Assembly: GCA_009694295.1 (NCBI GenBank)
Contig: SHVJ01000003.1
Coordinates: forward strand, 1-54,674
Source: Acidimicrobiia bacterium
GTDB taxonomy: Bacteria > Actinomycetota > Acidimicrobiia > IMCC26256 > PALSA-555
DNA length: 54,674 nucleotides
Reading direction: 5' to 3'
Below the pieces are notes generated by a model. It had not been told where the DNA came from and did no database searches. It saw only the letters and a list, made by a program, of their open reading frames with translations. The first letter of the stretch is position 1; every line of letters starts with the position of its first letter. The position numbers and the translations under genes were made by a program. Positions 26,843-35,967 of this stretch are shown piece after piece.

Positions 26843-28079
26843 CGCCGTGCGGGACGTCGCCGTGCGGCGCGTCGCCGTGCTCCACGTCACCGAGCGGCGC
26901 GCCGACGGCCGTCGACTCGTGCTGCTCGGCCATCCAGCGCTTGACGCCGGCGATCGAGGTCGTCTGACCCGCCGCCCAGAGCTCGAGGAAGGCCGCTTCT
27001 ACGTCGGCGCGCTCGGGGCTCGCGGAGAGCGGGACCTCGCCGGCGTCGAGAAGTTGCTCCTCCAGGCCGCGAAAGAGACCCTTCCAGAGGTCGCAGTGCT
27101 CGGTGCGGTTGCGCCAATCACCGTCGATCGCGGTGCCGGGGCACTGGCCCTTGCACATGAGAAAGAAGCGGCACCCCGAGCACCCGCCGTGCTCCTGGGG
27201 CGTGGCGTAGAGGGCGAGGTAGCGCTCGAAGCCCTCGACCGGCGCCTTCACGAAGTCGATGCCGTCCTTGTTGGTGCGCCCGCAGTTGCTGGCCTGGCCG
27301 TAGCCCTCCACCCCGCGCACGGCGCGGGTCGTGTACGGGTCGCACGCATTCCACACGCACGTGGTTTGGTCGTCGGTGCCGCGTAGGAGGTTGCGCATGT
27401 CGTCGAACACGTCGAGGCGCAGCGTGGTGAGGTCGGCTTCGAGTCTCGCGAAGCTTGTGAACGCGGCCATGTTCTCTTCGGGAGTGAGCGCGTAGGCGGC
27501 GCCGACGTCGTCGCTCTCAACTTCGAGGGCATGGAGGCGTGCGTTCCTGATGCCCATCGCCTGCAGGCGCCGCAACCAGTCGTGCATCGTCGGCAGTGCC
27601 GCACCGGTGGCGTTGCCGCGGTGCAGCGTGATGATGAGGCTCGGCGGGGTACCTTCGCCGCAGAGTCGCTCGATCGCGGCTTCCGCCTTGGCCGTCGCCT
27701 CACGGGTGCGCTCGAGCGTGCCGGCCCAGCGCGCGTCGTTCAACTCGCCGGGGCCGTCGATCGAGATGCCGACATCGACCTTGTACTGGCGGAACATGCG
27801 GGCGTGCGCGTCGTTGATGAGCACGCCGTTGGTCTGAATGCTGTTCGACCCGTACCGCTCGAGGCCCCAGGCCAACAGGTCCTCAAGGTCGGCCTCCGGC
27901 ACCAACAGCGCCTCGCCACCGAAGAGCGTGAACGGGCCGCCCTCGCGCTCGACCGCGGCCTTCATCGCGTCGAGGTCGTAGGAACGCGGGACGTTGCCCG
28001 CGTCGCGTTGGGGGTTCTGGTAGCAGTACTGGCACTGGATGTTGCACGCGACACCCAGCGGCCGGAGCTCGACGCTCAC
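26835..28079 (-). CDS. Radical SAM/SPASM-domain protein with C-terminal HGD repeats
   Basis: CNIQCQYC, FGGEALL, IQTNG, ISIDGP; SPASM cysteines CVWNAC, NC, CSGC-x5-C-x3-C-x15-C; tail EHGDAPHGDVPHGDA. Confidence 0.93.
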   Translation of the reverse strand: MSVELRPLGVACNIQCQYCYQNPQRDAGNVPRSYDLDAMKAAVEREGGPFTLFGGEALLVPEADLEDLLAWGLERYGSNSIQTNGVLINDAHARMFRQYKVDVGISIDGPGELNDARWAGTLERTREATAKAEAAIERLCGEGTPPSLIITLHRGNATGAALPTMHDWLRRLQAMGIRNARLHALEVESDDVGAAYALTPEENMAAFTSFARLEADLTTLRLDVFDDMRNLLRGTDDQTTCVWNACDPYTTRAVRGVEGYGQASNCGRTNKDGIDFVKAPVEGFERYLALYATPQEHGGCSGCRFFLMCKGQCPGTAIDGDWRNRTEHCDLWKGLFRGLEEQLLDAGEVPLSASPERADVEAAFLELWAAGQTTSIAGVKRWMAEQHESTAVGAPLGDVEHGDAPHGDVPHGDA

Positions 28080-28261
28080 TGAGTCCTCGCGCCCTGGTTG
28101 TGCATGTCGTCCCCCACCGCACGGCCACTCGCCTGCGGACCCGATGTGTCGGCACGGTACGCCAGGCAACGAGCACCCGCAACACGGCCGGTGACCAGAC
28201 GGCGGCATGCAGAGTCCTCCGAGCATCCCGCCGCGTCGCCCAGCGTTCGTACACTGCTTGC

Positions 28262-28726
28262 ATGACTGACGGCCCAACGGTGTGGTGCCCATCGTGCGGT
28301 GCCGAGTATGTGGCGGGCGTGCCGTACTGCGCCGATTGCCGCGTGGCCCTCGTGGCCGACCAACCCAGTCGACTCTCACCCACGCCCACGCCCACGTCGA
28401 CCGACGACGGCGAGCTCGTTGCCATCGGCGCGTGGCCGCGCCTTTCGGCGCAGATCCTGCGCGCCCGGCTCGAGACCGCGGGCATCTCGGTGATGGCCGA
28501 GTGGACGGGTCCGGGCGCCGACGCGCTCGGCACGCTCGTGGTGCCGGCGGAGCAACGCGAGTTCGCAGAAGCCGTCGTCCACGAGCTCGACGTTGCCGAC
28601 GAGGTTCCCGACACGTCGCCCTTCGCCTACGTGGTCCGCATCGAGGAGCACCTATCTGTCGCCGCCGAGCTCCTCCAAGAGCTCCGCACGAAGCTCGACG
28701 AGCTCGAAGCCCGCGGCCTCCTCTAA
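28262..28726 (+). CDS. Zinc-ribbon protein with DUF2007-like putative signalling domain
   Basis: WCPSCGAEY...CADCRVALV, then AQILRARLETAGI...LVVPAEQREFAEAVV. Confidence 0.7.
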   Translation: MTDGPTVWCPSCGAEYVAGVPYCADCRVALVADQPSRLSPTPTPTSTDDGELVAIGAWPRLSAQILRARLETAGISVMAEWTGPGADALGTLVVPAEQREFAEAVVHELDVADEVPDTSPFAYVVRIEEHLSVAAELLQELRTKLDELEARGLL

Positions 28727-28733
28727 ACCCCGG

Positions 28734-29324
28734 TCAGACCGCGGCGCGTTGGGCGTTGCGGAGGGCCGATTCCACCAGGAGCACGAGGGTCTCTTGCACG
28801 TGGGTCTTGCGCCGGACGTCGCACAGGACGATCGGGATGTTGGCTGGGACCGCGAGCGCTTCACGCACAGCTCGCGGATGGTGCGTGGCGACACCATCGA
28901 ACATGTTGACGGCGACAACGAACGGGATGCCGAGCGCCTCGAAGTAGTCGACCGCGGCGAAGCACTCGGCGACGCGCCGCGTGTCCACGAGCACAACGCC
29001 ACCGACCGCACCGCGCACGAGCTCGTCCCACAGGAACCAGAAGCGGTCCTGGCCCGGCGTGCCGAACAGATACAGCACCATGTCGGGTCCAAGCGTGATC
29101 CGCCCGAAGTCCATCGCGACTGTCGTACCCGTCTTGCCCATCTGGCCCGACCGGTCGACGCCGAGGCTCTCGACCGTCATCTCGGCTTCGGTGCGCAGCG
29201 GCTCGATCTCGGAGATCGACCCTATCAACGTGGTCTTCCCCACTGCGAAGCCACCGGCCACCACGATCTTCATGGCGACGGGCGCGGCGGAGACCCGCGC
29301 GTGGTCAAAGAGCGCGGATGCCAT
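28734..29324 (-). CDS. Conservon small GTPase (CvnD/MglA-like)
   Basis: KIVVAGGFAVGKTT, TTVAMDFGRI, LFGTPGQDRFWFLWD. Confidence 0.92.
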   Translation of the reverse strand: MASALFDHARVSAAPVAMKIVVAGGFAVGKTTLIGSISEIEPLRTEAEMTVESLGVDRSGQMGKTGTTVAMDFGRITLGPDMVLYLFGTPGQDRFWFLWDELVRGAVGGVVLVDTRRVAECFAAVDYFEALGIPFVVAVNMFDGVATHHPRAVREALAVPANIPIVLCDVRRKTHVQETLVLLVESALRNAQRAAV

Positions 29325-29676
29325 CAAGCAGCCTTTCGAGCAGACGGGTGTCGGTCGCCGACTCGACCGTGTGCGGGTCGTCGACCGCGACGACGCCGGC
29401 CGTCGCGAGATCGTCCACGAGCACGCGCACGACTCCGACGGGGAGGAACAGGCGCGCCGCGACCTCAGCCACCGACATCGTGGGCCGACACAGCTCGACG
29501 ATGCGTTGCGACTCCGGCGGCGCGCCAGGAGGGAACGCACCGGGTTCGGTGAGCGCGCGCACACCGGCCTCGAGCGCCATCAGCGGGCCCGGGACCTTCG
29601 TACGGCCACGCGTGAGCACATAGGGCCGGACCAGGCGTGGATGTTGCCCCGGTACTCGGCGGTCGTTCGAACCCAT
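29305..29676 (-). CDS. Conservon DUF742 protein (CvnC)
   Basis: LVRPYVLTRGRT, SVAEVAARLFLPVGVVRVLVDDL, LLERLLDGIRAL. Confidence 0.92.
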   Translation of the reverse strand: MGSNDRRVPGQHPRLVRPYVLTRGRTKVPGPLMALEAGVRALTEPGAFPPGAPPESQRIVELCRPTMSVAEVAARLFLPVGVVRVLVDDLATAGVVAVDDPHTVESATDTRLLERLLDGIRAL

Positions 29677-30098
29677 CACCGCGGCAGCGCGGTCTGGAGC
29701 TCGGCGACGAGCGCGGGCGTCAGCGCGGCCGCGCAACGCTCGACGAGTACCGCCATCTCGTAGCCAACGAGCCCAACGTCGCACGGACGCGATGCCGCCA
29801 CCGCGAGCACCGACGTCTCGCTGACGCTCATCACGAACAAGATCACGCGTTCGAGCTCGACGATGACTTCGTGCACCGCACCGCCATCGAGCGGTCCCGA
29901 CGAGCCGCGGGCGATGCTCTGGAGACCAGCGGCCACGGCAGCGAGGCGGTCGGCGGCAACGCGGTCGATGCCGTCCGACATGGCCACGAGCAACCCGTCG
30001 GACGAGACGACTGCGGCCTGGGTCACACCGGGAATGCCCGCCACGAAGTTCGTGACGAGCCAGTTCAAGTTGCGGGCTTCAGAGCTGAGCTTGATCAC
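29676..30098 (-). CDS. Conservon roadblock/LC7 protein (CvnB/MglB-like)
   Basis: LNWLVTNFV, AVVSSDGLL, ADRLAAVAAGL, DVGLVGYEMAVLV. Confidence 0.92.
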   Translation of the reverse strand: MIKLSSEARNLNWLVTNFVAGIPGVTQAAVVSSDGLLVAMSDGIDRVAADRLAAVAAGLQSIARGSSGPLDGGAVHEVIVELERVILFVMSVSETSVLAVAASRPCDVGLVGYEMAVLVERCAAALTPALVAELQTALPR

Positions 30099-32278
30099 GA
30101 CGCACCCTTGCCATGACCGTCGCGCTTCCCGCGCTCGTGACGACTCAACATGTCGTGCACGCTCTCGGGTCGGGGCCGCACTTCGCCCGTCGCCGACGCG
30201 GCATCGCTCGGCTGATGGGTGAGGTGCGTGCCCGGCACCCGCGCCGTGAGCCCATTGCCGTTGCCATTGCCGTTGCCGTTGCCGTTGGTGACGCTGTTCG
30301 CCGACACCGCGGCCGCTTCGTGGGTGAAGGGTGCGGTCGCCACACCGACGGCCACTGGCTCACGCTCGAGTTCCGAGCTCGGCGCCTTGATCACCGCGGC
30401 CGCATCCGGTTGCGGTTCGGGCGTCGCCGTAGGTTCGGTTGCGGGTGCTTCGTGGCTGGATGCAAGCAAGGTCGGTGGCAGCACGACGAGCGCGGTCACG
30501 CCGGTCGGTGACGCCGACCGAAGCTGCACATGGATGCCGTGGCGCGCCGCGAGATGCGCCACCACGTGGAGGCCGAGCGTGCGCGAGAGCGCAAGGCCCG
30601 GTGCGGGCGGCCGTGCGAGCAGCGCGTTGGCTCCTGCGATGCGCGGCTCGTCCATTCCGATGCCCCGGTCGGTCACGCCGATCACGAAGCGCTGGTCGAG
30701 CATGCGCCCGCCCACCGTCACCGGCGTCTCCGGCGGCGAGAAGGCGGTGGCATTCTCCAACAGCTCGGCCACGAGGTGCGTCAGGTCGGCAACCGCGTGA
30801 CCGACGACCGCAACATCACCTTCGAAGCCGTGGGCGTGCAGACGGGCGAAGTCGGCGATCTCGGCTGCCGCGGCGCGCACCACGTCGACGACCGGTACCG
30901 ACGCGCCCCAATGCCGCGGCTGCTCCGCGCCCGACAACACGAGCAAGCTCTCGGCGTTGCGACGCATCCGGGTGGCGAGATGGTCGAGCTCGAACAGCGA
31001 GGCAAGCTCGTCGGGATCGGCCGACGCCTCGAGGTCGTCGATCAGCGAGATCTGCCGGTCGAGCAGACTCTGATTGCGACGGGCGAGGTTCACATAGAGG
31101 TCGCCGATGCCCTTCTTGAGGAACTCCGACTGCTCACGCGCGACGGTGACCGTCACCTCTTGGATCGTGTTGAACGCTTTCGCGAGCTCACCGATCTCGT
31201 CCTTCGATTCCACCTGGATCGGCGAGAGGTCGCCGAGCGCGTCGGCCTCGAGGTCGCCGCCGCGATGCAACGTATCGATGAGCAGTGGAAGCCGTCGTTC
31301 CGACACTTCACGCGCACTGCGCGTCAACGCGCGCAGCGGCTTGCTTACTGAGTGCACCAACGCCCAGATGAGCATCAGCGCCATCCAGATGACCGCGGCG
31401 GTACCGAGGGCAACGACGATGGCCACACCGCGGGTTTCGGACTGTCGATTGTCGGCCTCGGCATTCACGACGTCCTGGACGGCGGCAACTCCTTGGTCGG
31501 TCGCGGCCTGCTTGCCTTCGTAGACCTTGCGGTACTCCGCGGCCGTGGTCGTCACGCTCGGGAACGAGGTGGGAAGCGCCGACCCGACGGCAGCACGTAC
31601 CGGGTCCTTCGGGACGTTGATCGTGCCTCTCAGCTCGTACGCGCCACGTTCCGCGGCGCTCGAGGTCTCTGCGAACAATCGCGCCTGCGCGCGCTGCTCG
31701 GTAATGGCGGTGATCCACCGCGTGACGTCGGGGCTCGCTCCCATGAGATGCTCGGTAACGACCGTCGCCTCTTGTGCAACCGCAAGCTGCTGCCGACGGA
31801 GGTCGACGATGACCAACAGGCTCGTGGCCAACGTGCTGTCCTCGGCTTCGCGCGCGACGCGCGCAGCCGCGTCGAGCGCGGACGCGCCGATCGCGGTGAG
31901 CCGCAGCGATCCTTCGGAGCCCTCGAACAGATGGTTCGCCACGTCGCTCACGGCCCGCCGGGTGCGGTCGCTCACATTTCCTGCCAGCTGTGGCAGATCG
32001 GCGTTCAGCGCAGTCGCTATGGCCTCGGTGTCGTGACGGGCTGAGTTGAGATCTGCGGAAGATGCTTCGGGATTCGCCGTCACCACGGCCTCATCGCCGA
32101 CGATTCGGGCTACCTGAGTCAGCGTCTCGAAGGGCCCGACCAGGCTGGCGTACTGCTCCTCAGCGGCGAGCGCGTCGAAACGCTCCTTGATGGTGAAGCC
32201 GGCGAACCCCACGAGCACGAGCAGGGGCACGCTGACGACGAGGACCAGCCTCGTCCGAAACGGCAGCTTGCGCAGCAA
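30095..32278 (-). CDS. Conservon membrane sensor kinase-like protein (CvnA): TM, helical sensor, HAMP, HATPase
   Basis: Two TM segments, DEIGELAKAFN, NLARRNQSLLDRQ, LFELDHLATRMRRNAESLLVL, ELLENATAFSPP, DRGIGM, LGLHVV. Confidence 0.92.
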   Translation of the reverse strand: MLRKLPFRTRLVLVVSVPLLVLVGFAGFTIKERFDALAAEEQYASLVGPFETLTQVARIVGDEAVVTANPEASSADLNSARHDTEAIATALNADLPQLAGNVSDRTRRAVSDVANHLFEGSEGSLRLTAIGASALDAAARVAREAEDSTLATSLLVIVDLRRQQLAVAQEATVVTEHLMGASPDVTRWITAITEQRAQARLFAETSSAAERGAYELRGTINVPKDPVRAAVGSALPTSFPSVTTTAAEYRKVYEGKQAATDQGVAAVQDVVNAEADNRQSETRGVAIVVALGTAAVIWMALMLIWALVHSVSKPLRALTRSAREVSERRLPLLIDTLHRGGDLEADALGDLSPIQVESKDEIGELAKAFNTIQEVTVTVAREQSEFLKKGIGDLYVNLARRNQSLLDRQISLIDDLEASADPDELASLFELDHLATRMRRNAESLLVLSGAEQPRHWGASVPVVDVVRAAAAEIADFARLHAHGFEGDVAVVGHAVADLTHLVAELLENATAFSPPETPVTVGGRMLDQRFVIGVTDRGIGMDEPRIAGANALLARPPAPGLALSRTLGLHVVAHLAARHGIHVQLRSASPTGVTALVVLPPTLLASSHEAPATEPTATPEPQPDAAAVIKAPSSELEREPVAVGVATAPFTHEAAAVSANSVTNGNGNGNGNGNGLTARVPGTHLTHQPSDAASATGEVRPRPESVHDMLSRHERGKRDGHGKGAS

Positions 32279-32385
32279 TGTGAAGTCCCACCGGGTTGGC
32301 GCCCGCCCGACAGGGATTTCGGCAGAAACAGGCCCTCGCCTTGAGCCAGCGAGGCGGTTCCTCGGGCCTACTCGGCCTCGCGAGC

Positions 32386-32533
32386 CTCCATATGTCTGGT
32401 TGCGCTCGGTAGGCAGCTACGAGCCACGGCCCAGGCCGCTATTCAGCCCCTCGCTGCTCCATATGTCTGGTCGCGCTCGGTAGACAGCTATGACCCAAGG
32501 CCCAGGCCGCTATTCAGCCCCTCGCTGCTCCAT
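32386..32533. repeat. 71-bp tandem duplication including the ftsK 3' end
   Basis: CTCCAT recurs at 32386, 32457 and 32528. The two units share GGCCCAGGCCGCTATTCAGCCCCTCGCTG exactly and differ at a few other positions. Confidence 0.9.
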
Positions 32534-34990
32534 CTGCTCGAACTCGTCGACGGTCATGAGGACGGTGCGGGCCTTCGAGCCCTCCGAGGGGCCCACGATG
32601 CCCCGCCGCTCCATCAGGTCCATGAGCCGCCCGGCCCGGGCGAAGCCCACCCGGAGCTTGCGTTGGAGCATCGAGGTGGAGCCCAGTCCCGACCGGACCA
32701 CGAGCTCCATCGCCTCGACCAATAGCGTGTCGTCGTCATCGTCGCCACCGCGGGAACCGGGCTGACCCGTGCCCGAGGACGACTCCTCGGCGATGCCCTC
32801 CACGTACTGGGTCTCGCCGGCCTGGCGCTTCCAGTGTGCGACCACCTGGCGCACGCAGTCCTCGTCGACCCATGCACCCTGCACACGCGTGGCCTTGCTC
32901 TCGCTCGCCGTGACCATCAGCAGGTCGCCGCGACCGATGAGCTTCTCGGCGCCGGCCTGATCGAGCACCACGCGCGAGTCGGCGATGCTCGTGACGCTGA
33001 ACGCGAGCCGGCTGGGCACGTTGGCCTTGATCACCCCGGTGATCACGTCGACCGACGGGCGCTGCGTGGCGATCACGAGGTGGATGCCCACGGCTCGTGC
33101 CATCTGCGCGATGCGACAGATGCTCGCTTCCACATCGCGCGCAGCCACCATCATGAGGTCGTTGAGCTCGTCGACCACGACCACGATGTACGGCAGGCGC
33201 TCGTAGCCCTTCCCGGAGATCCGGTCGGGCGCTTCGGGCGTGGGCAGGTCGCCTGCGTCGACCATCGAGTTGTAGCCCATGATGTCGCGCACACCGACCT
33301 CGGAGAGCACCTCGTAGCGCAGATCCATCTCTCGGACGGCCCACGCGAGCGCGTTGGCGGCGCGCTTCGGGTTCGTGACGACCGCCGTGAGGAGGTGGGG
33401 CAGGTCGTTGTACGCGCCGAGCTCCACTCGCTTGGGGTCGACGAGGATGAGCCGTACCTGGTCGGGCGTGTTGCGCATCAGCAGCGACGTGACGAGCGAG
33501 TTGATGCAGCTCGACTTGCCCGCGCCCGTGGCCCCGGCGATCAGCACGTGCGGGAGCGCGGCGAGGTCCAGCATCACTCCCTTGCCCGAGATGTCGCGGC
33601 CCAGCCCGACCTCGAGCGGCTTCGTGGCGGCTTTGGCCTCAGGCGACGCGAGGATGTCGCCGAGCGTCACGAGCTGGCGCTTCGTGTTCGGCACCTCCAC
33701 CCCGATCGCCGAACGCCCAGGGATCGGGGCGAGGATGCGCACGTCAGCCGATGCCATCGCGTACGCGAGGTCATGAGAGAGCGCGGTAACACGGTTCACC
33801 TTCACGCCGGGCGCGAGCTCGAGTTCAAAGCGCGTCACCGTCGGGCCCACGGTCGCGCCGATGAGCTTCGCGTCGACGCCGTGCTGGTGCAGCGCGGCTT
33901 GCAGGACCTTGCCGGCCTCGTCGACGAGCTTGCGGTCGGCCTGCGCGGCGTCGCCGCGCTTGAGCATCGAGACGGGCGGCAGCTTCCATGCGCCACGGCG
34001 ACCGCGCTTGCCGCCAATTTCGATCGCGAGCTGCCCATCGGGCTCCTCGGCGATCACCGGCGGAAGGTCGATCAGCGTGGGATCGTCCTCCGCGGCGGGC
34101 ACACCCAGCCCGTCGCGTTCCATGTCGTAGAGCTCGGCACTCGGCGCCTCGTACACCTCGGGCTCGGTGAGGTCGATCTCCGTGTACTCATCGAGCGCGC
34201 CGGGGTCGTCGAACACGCCGACCTCGTCGAAGCCTTCACCCAATTGCGCACCCAATTGCGTACCCGGCTCGGTGAGAGGAAGCTCGCTGAACTCGCGCGC
34301 GCGATGGCCGACCCAGCGCCCGCCGCGCCCGAGTGCCGCGACGACATCGCGCATCGGGACGCCCGGCGCGAGCAAGGCGCCGAGGACCGCGAGCCCGGCG
34401 AGCACGACGGCGGCGCCGACCGTTCCCGTCCCGGCCTTGAGCGGCCCCGCGATCGCGGCGCCGATATAACCACCCGCGTCGTGCAGACGCTTCAGCGGTG
34501 CGTCGATCGCCGGGCTGTCGCCCAACAGGTGGAGCGCGCCGACCGCTGCGAGCCCGAGCAACGCGATCCCGGTGCCGACCCTGACGGGTTGCGGCTCGGG
34601 CGGGGCGTCTTCGGCCTCGTCGTCGGAGAGCTCGGCGGCGCGGCGGGCGGCCGGGCCCACCCGAAAGAGGAGGATGGCGAACGCTACGCCGACCACGGGA
34701 ACGCCGAAGCGAGCCTTGCCGATCAGGGTGGCGAATCCGTCGGCCAAGCCCTTGCCCACTGGGCCGGCAAGGTCGGACGCCAGCCCGAGCGTCGTGAGAA
34801 TAGAGAGGACGAGAAGCCCGACGGCCAGGGCGTCGGCACCGTGCCCACCGAGTTCGCGTCGGGCCGCAGCACCAGCCCGGACCCGCAGCGTCGGCTCAGG
34901 CGCTGGCGCTACCCGACGGCGCGGCGCAGTCTTCTTGCCGCTTGATTTCTTCGCCGGGGCGCGCTTCTTCGGAGCAGTCCGCGTCGCCAT
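32510..34990 (-). CDS. ftsK: DNA translocase FtsK
   Basis: 4TM N-domain, GPTVTRFE, PHVLIAGATGAGKS, VDPKRVEL, ATQRPSVDVITG, gamma domain STSMLQRKLRVGFARAGR. Confidence 0.97.
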   Translation of the reverse strand: MATRTAPKKRAPAKKSSGKKTAPRRRVAPAPEPTLRVRAGAAARRELGGHGADALAVGLLVLSILTTLGLASDLAGPVGKGLADGFATLIGKARFGVPVVGVAFAILLFRVGPAARRAAELSDDEAEDAPPEPQPVRVGTGIALLGLAAVGALHLLGDSPAIDAPLKRLHDAGGYIGAAIAGPLKAGTGTVGAAVVLAGLAVLGALLAPGVPMRDVVAALGRGGRWVGHRAREFSELPLTEPGTQLGAQLGEGFDEVGVFDDPGALDEYTEIDLTEPEVYEAPSAELYDMERDGLGVPAAEDDPTLIDLPPVIAEEPDGQLAIEIGGKRGRRGAWKLPPVSMLKRGDAAQADRKLVDEAGKVLQAALHQHGVDAKLIGATVGPTVTRFELELAPGVKVNRVTALSHDLAYAMASADVRILAPIPGRSAIGVEVPNTKRQLVTLGDILASPEAKAATKPLEVGLGRDISGKGVMLDLAALPHVLIAGATGAGKSSCINSLVTSLLMRNTPDQVRLILVDPKRVELGAYNDLPHLLTAVVTNPKRAANALAWAVREMDLRYEVLSEVGVRDIMGYNSMVDAGDLPTPEAPDRISGKGYERLPYIVVVVDELNDLMMVAARDVEASICRIAQMARAVGIHLVIATQRPSVDVITGVIKANVPSRLAFSVTSIADSRVVLDQAGAEKLIGRGDLLMVTASESKATRVQGAWVDEDCVRQVVAHWKRQAGETQYVEGIAEESSSGTGQPGSRGGDDDDDTLLVEAMELVVRSGLGSTSMLQRKLRVGFARAGRLMDLMERRGIVGPSEGSKARTVLMTVDEFEQMEQRGAE

Positions 34991-35079
34991 GACAACGACC
35001 GTAACACCGCCCCCATGGGTCACAGCGGGATTCTCCAGCAACAGCAAGCGCCGGTCCCACAGCAAAGTGAGTGGGTCGC

Positions 35080-35868
35080 CTAGAGCGCGGGCGCGTATCC
35101 CCCATCGACGGGATAGACCTGGCCGGTGATCCATTCGGCGGCGTCGCTACAGAGCAGGACGGCGAGGGGCGCGGGGTCATCCACTTTTCCCAGCCGGCCC
35201 ACCGGATAACCCGACGCCATCTTCCGCTCCAGCTCGGGGTCGGCGTCGGCGGCCTCGGCCAGCGGGCCGTGTCGCATCGAGCCGAGCGAGATGCAGTTCA
35301 CGGTGACGCCGCTGCGCCCAACCTCGGTGGCGAGCCCGCGGGCAAACCCCATCGCAGCGGCTTTCGCCGCGCCGTAAACCACCTGGCGGCGTTCGCCCTT
35401 GCGCCCGGCGTCGGAGACGATCGTGAGGATGCGACCCCACTTCTGCTCGAGCATGTCGGGGAGGTAGGCGTGCGTCACGTGGAGCACACCCGTGAGGTTC
35501 ACGCGCATCACAGATTCCCAGTCGGCGGGATCGCTCTCGGCGAACGGCACGAGCGGCACGCCGCCGGCGCCGAACGCACGCACGCCCGTCCCCGCGTTGT
35601 TCACCAGGATGTCGAGCGGGCCCGTGGTCGCGACCATCTCGCGCACCGAGGTGGGATCACATACGTCGGCGATCACGGTGTGCGCCTTGCCGCCGTCGGC
35701 TTCGATCTCGGCAACCACGCTGTCGGCTCGACCCTGATCGACGTCGTTGATCCAGACCTCGGCGCCAGCGCGGGCCATGTGCATGCTGATCGCGCGCCCG
35801 ATCCCCGCACCCGAACCGGTGATCAGCGCCGTGCGCCCGCCAATGAAGTTCGACCAGTCCCTAATCAT
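35080..35868 (-). CDS. Short-chain dehydrogenase/reductase
   Basis: TGSGAGIG, NNAG, YGAAK, ITGQVYPVDGG. Confidence 0.92.
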   Translation of the reverse strand: MIRDWSNFIGGRTALITGSGAGIGRAISMHMARAGAEVWINDVDQGRADSVVAEIEADGGKAHTVIADVCDPTSVREMVATTGPLDILVNNAGTGVRAFGAGGVPLVPFAESDPADWESVMRVNLTGVLHVTHAYLPDMLEQKWGRILTIVSDAGRKGERRQVVYGAAKAAAMGFARGLATEVGRSGVTVNCISLGSMRHGPLAEAADADPELERKMASGYPVGRLGKVDDPAPLAVLLCSDAAEWITGQVYPVDGGYAPAL

Positions 35869-35967
35869 CTCTATTGCTCCGCTCCCACTCCGCTACTTCC
35901 GCCTCGCAAGCTCGCTCCATCCGCTGCGCTCGCTCCGCATCTCCCCTTGCTCCGCTCCTGCCGTTTC

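Noticed and set aside
26835-28079. The rSAM enzyme as an ordinary anaerobic sulfatase maturase
   Set aside because: No sulfatase is nearby, and the HGD tail and coupling to an HxD protein favour a dedicated system. Not formally excluded without HMM scoring.
30250-30290. (NG)n-encoding repeat in cvnA, and similarly the Gly-rich repeats in the pnp tail
   Set aside because: Low-complexity coding linkers, not independent elements.
32386-32533. CRISPR interpretation of the 71-bp periodic repeat
   Set aside because: There are only two units, the would-be spacers are near-identical to each other, and no cas genes are present.
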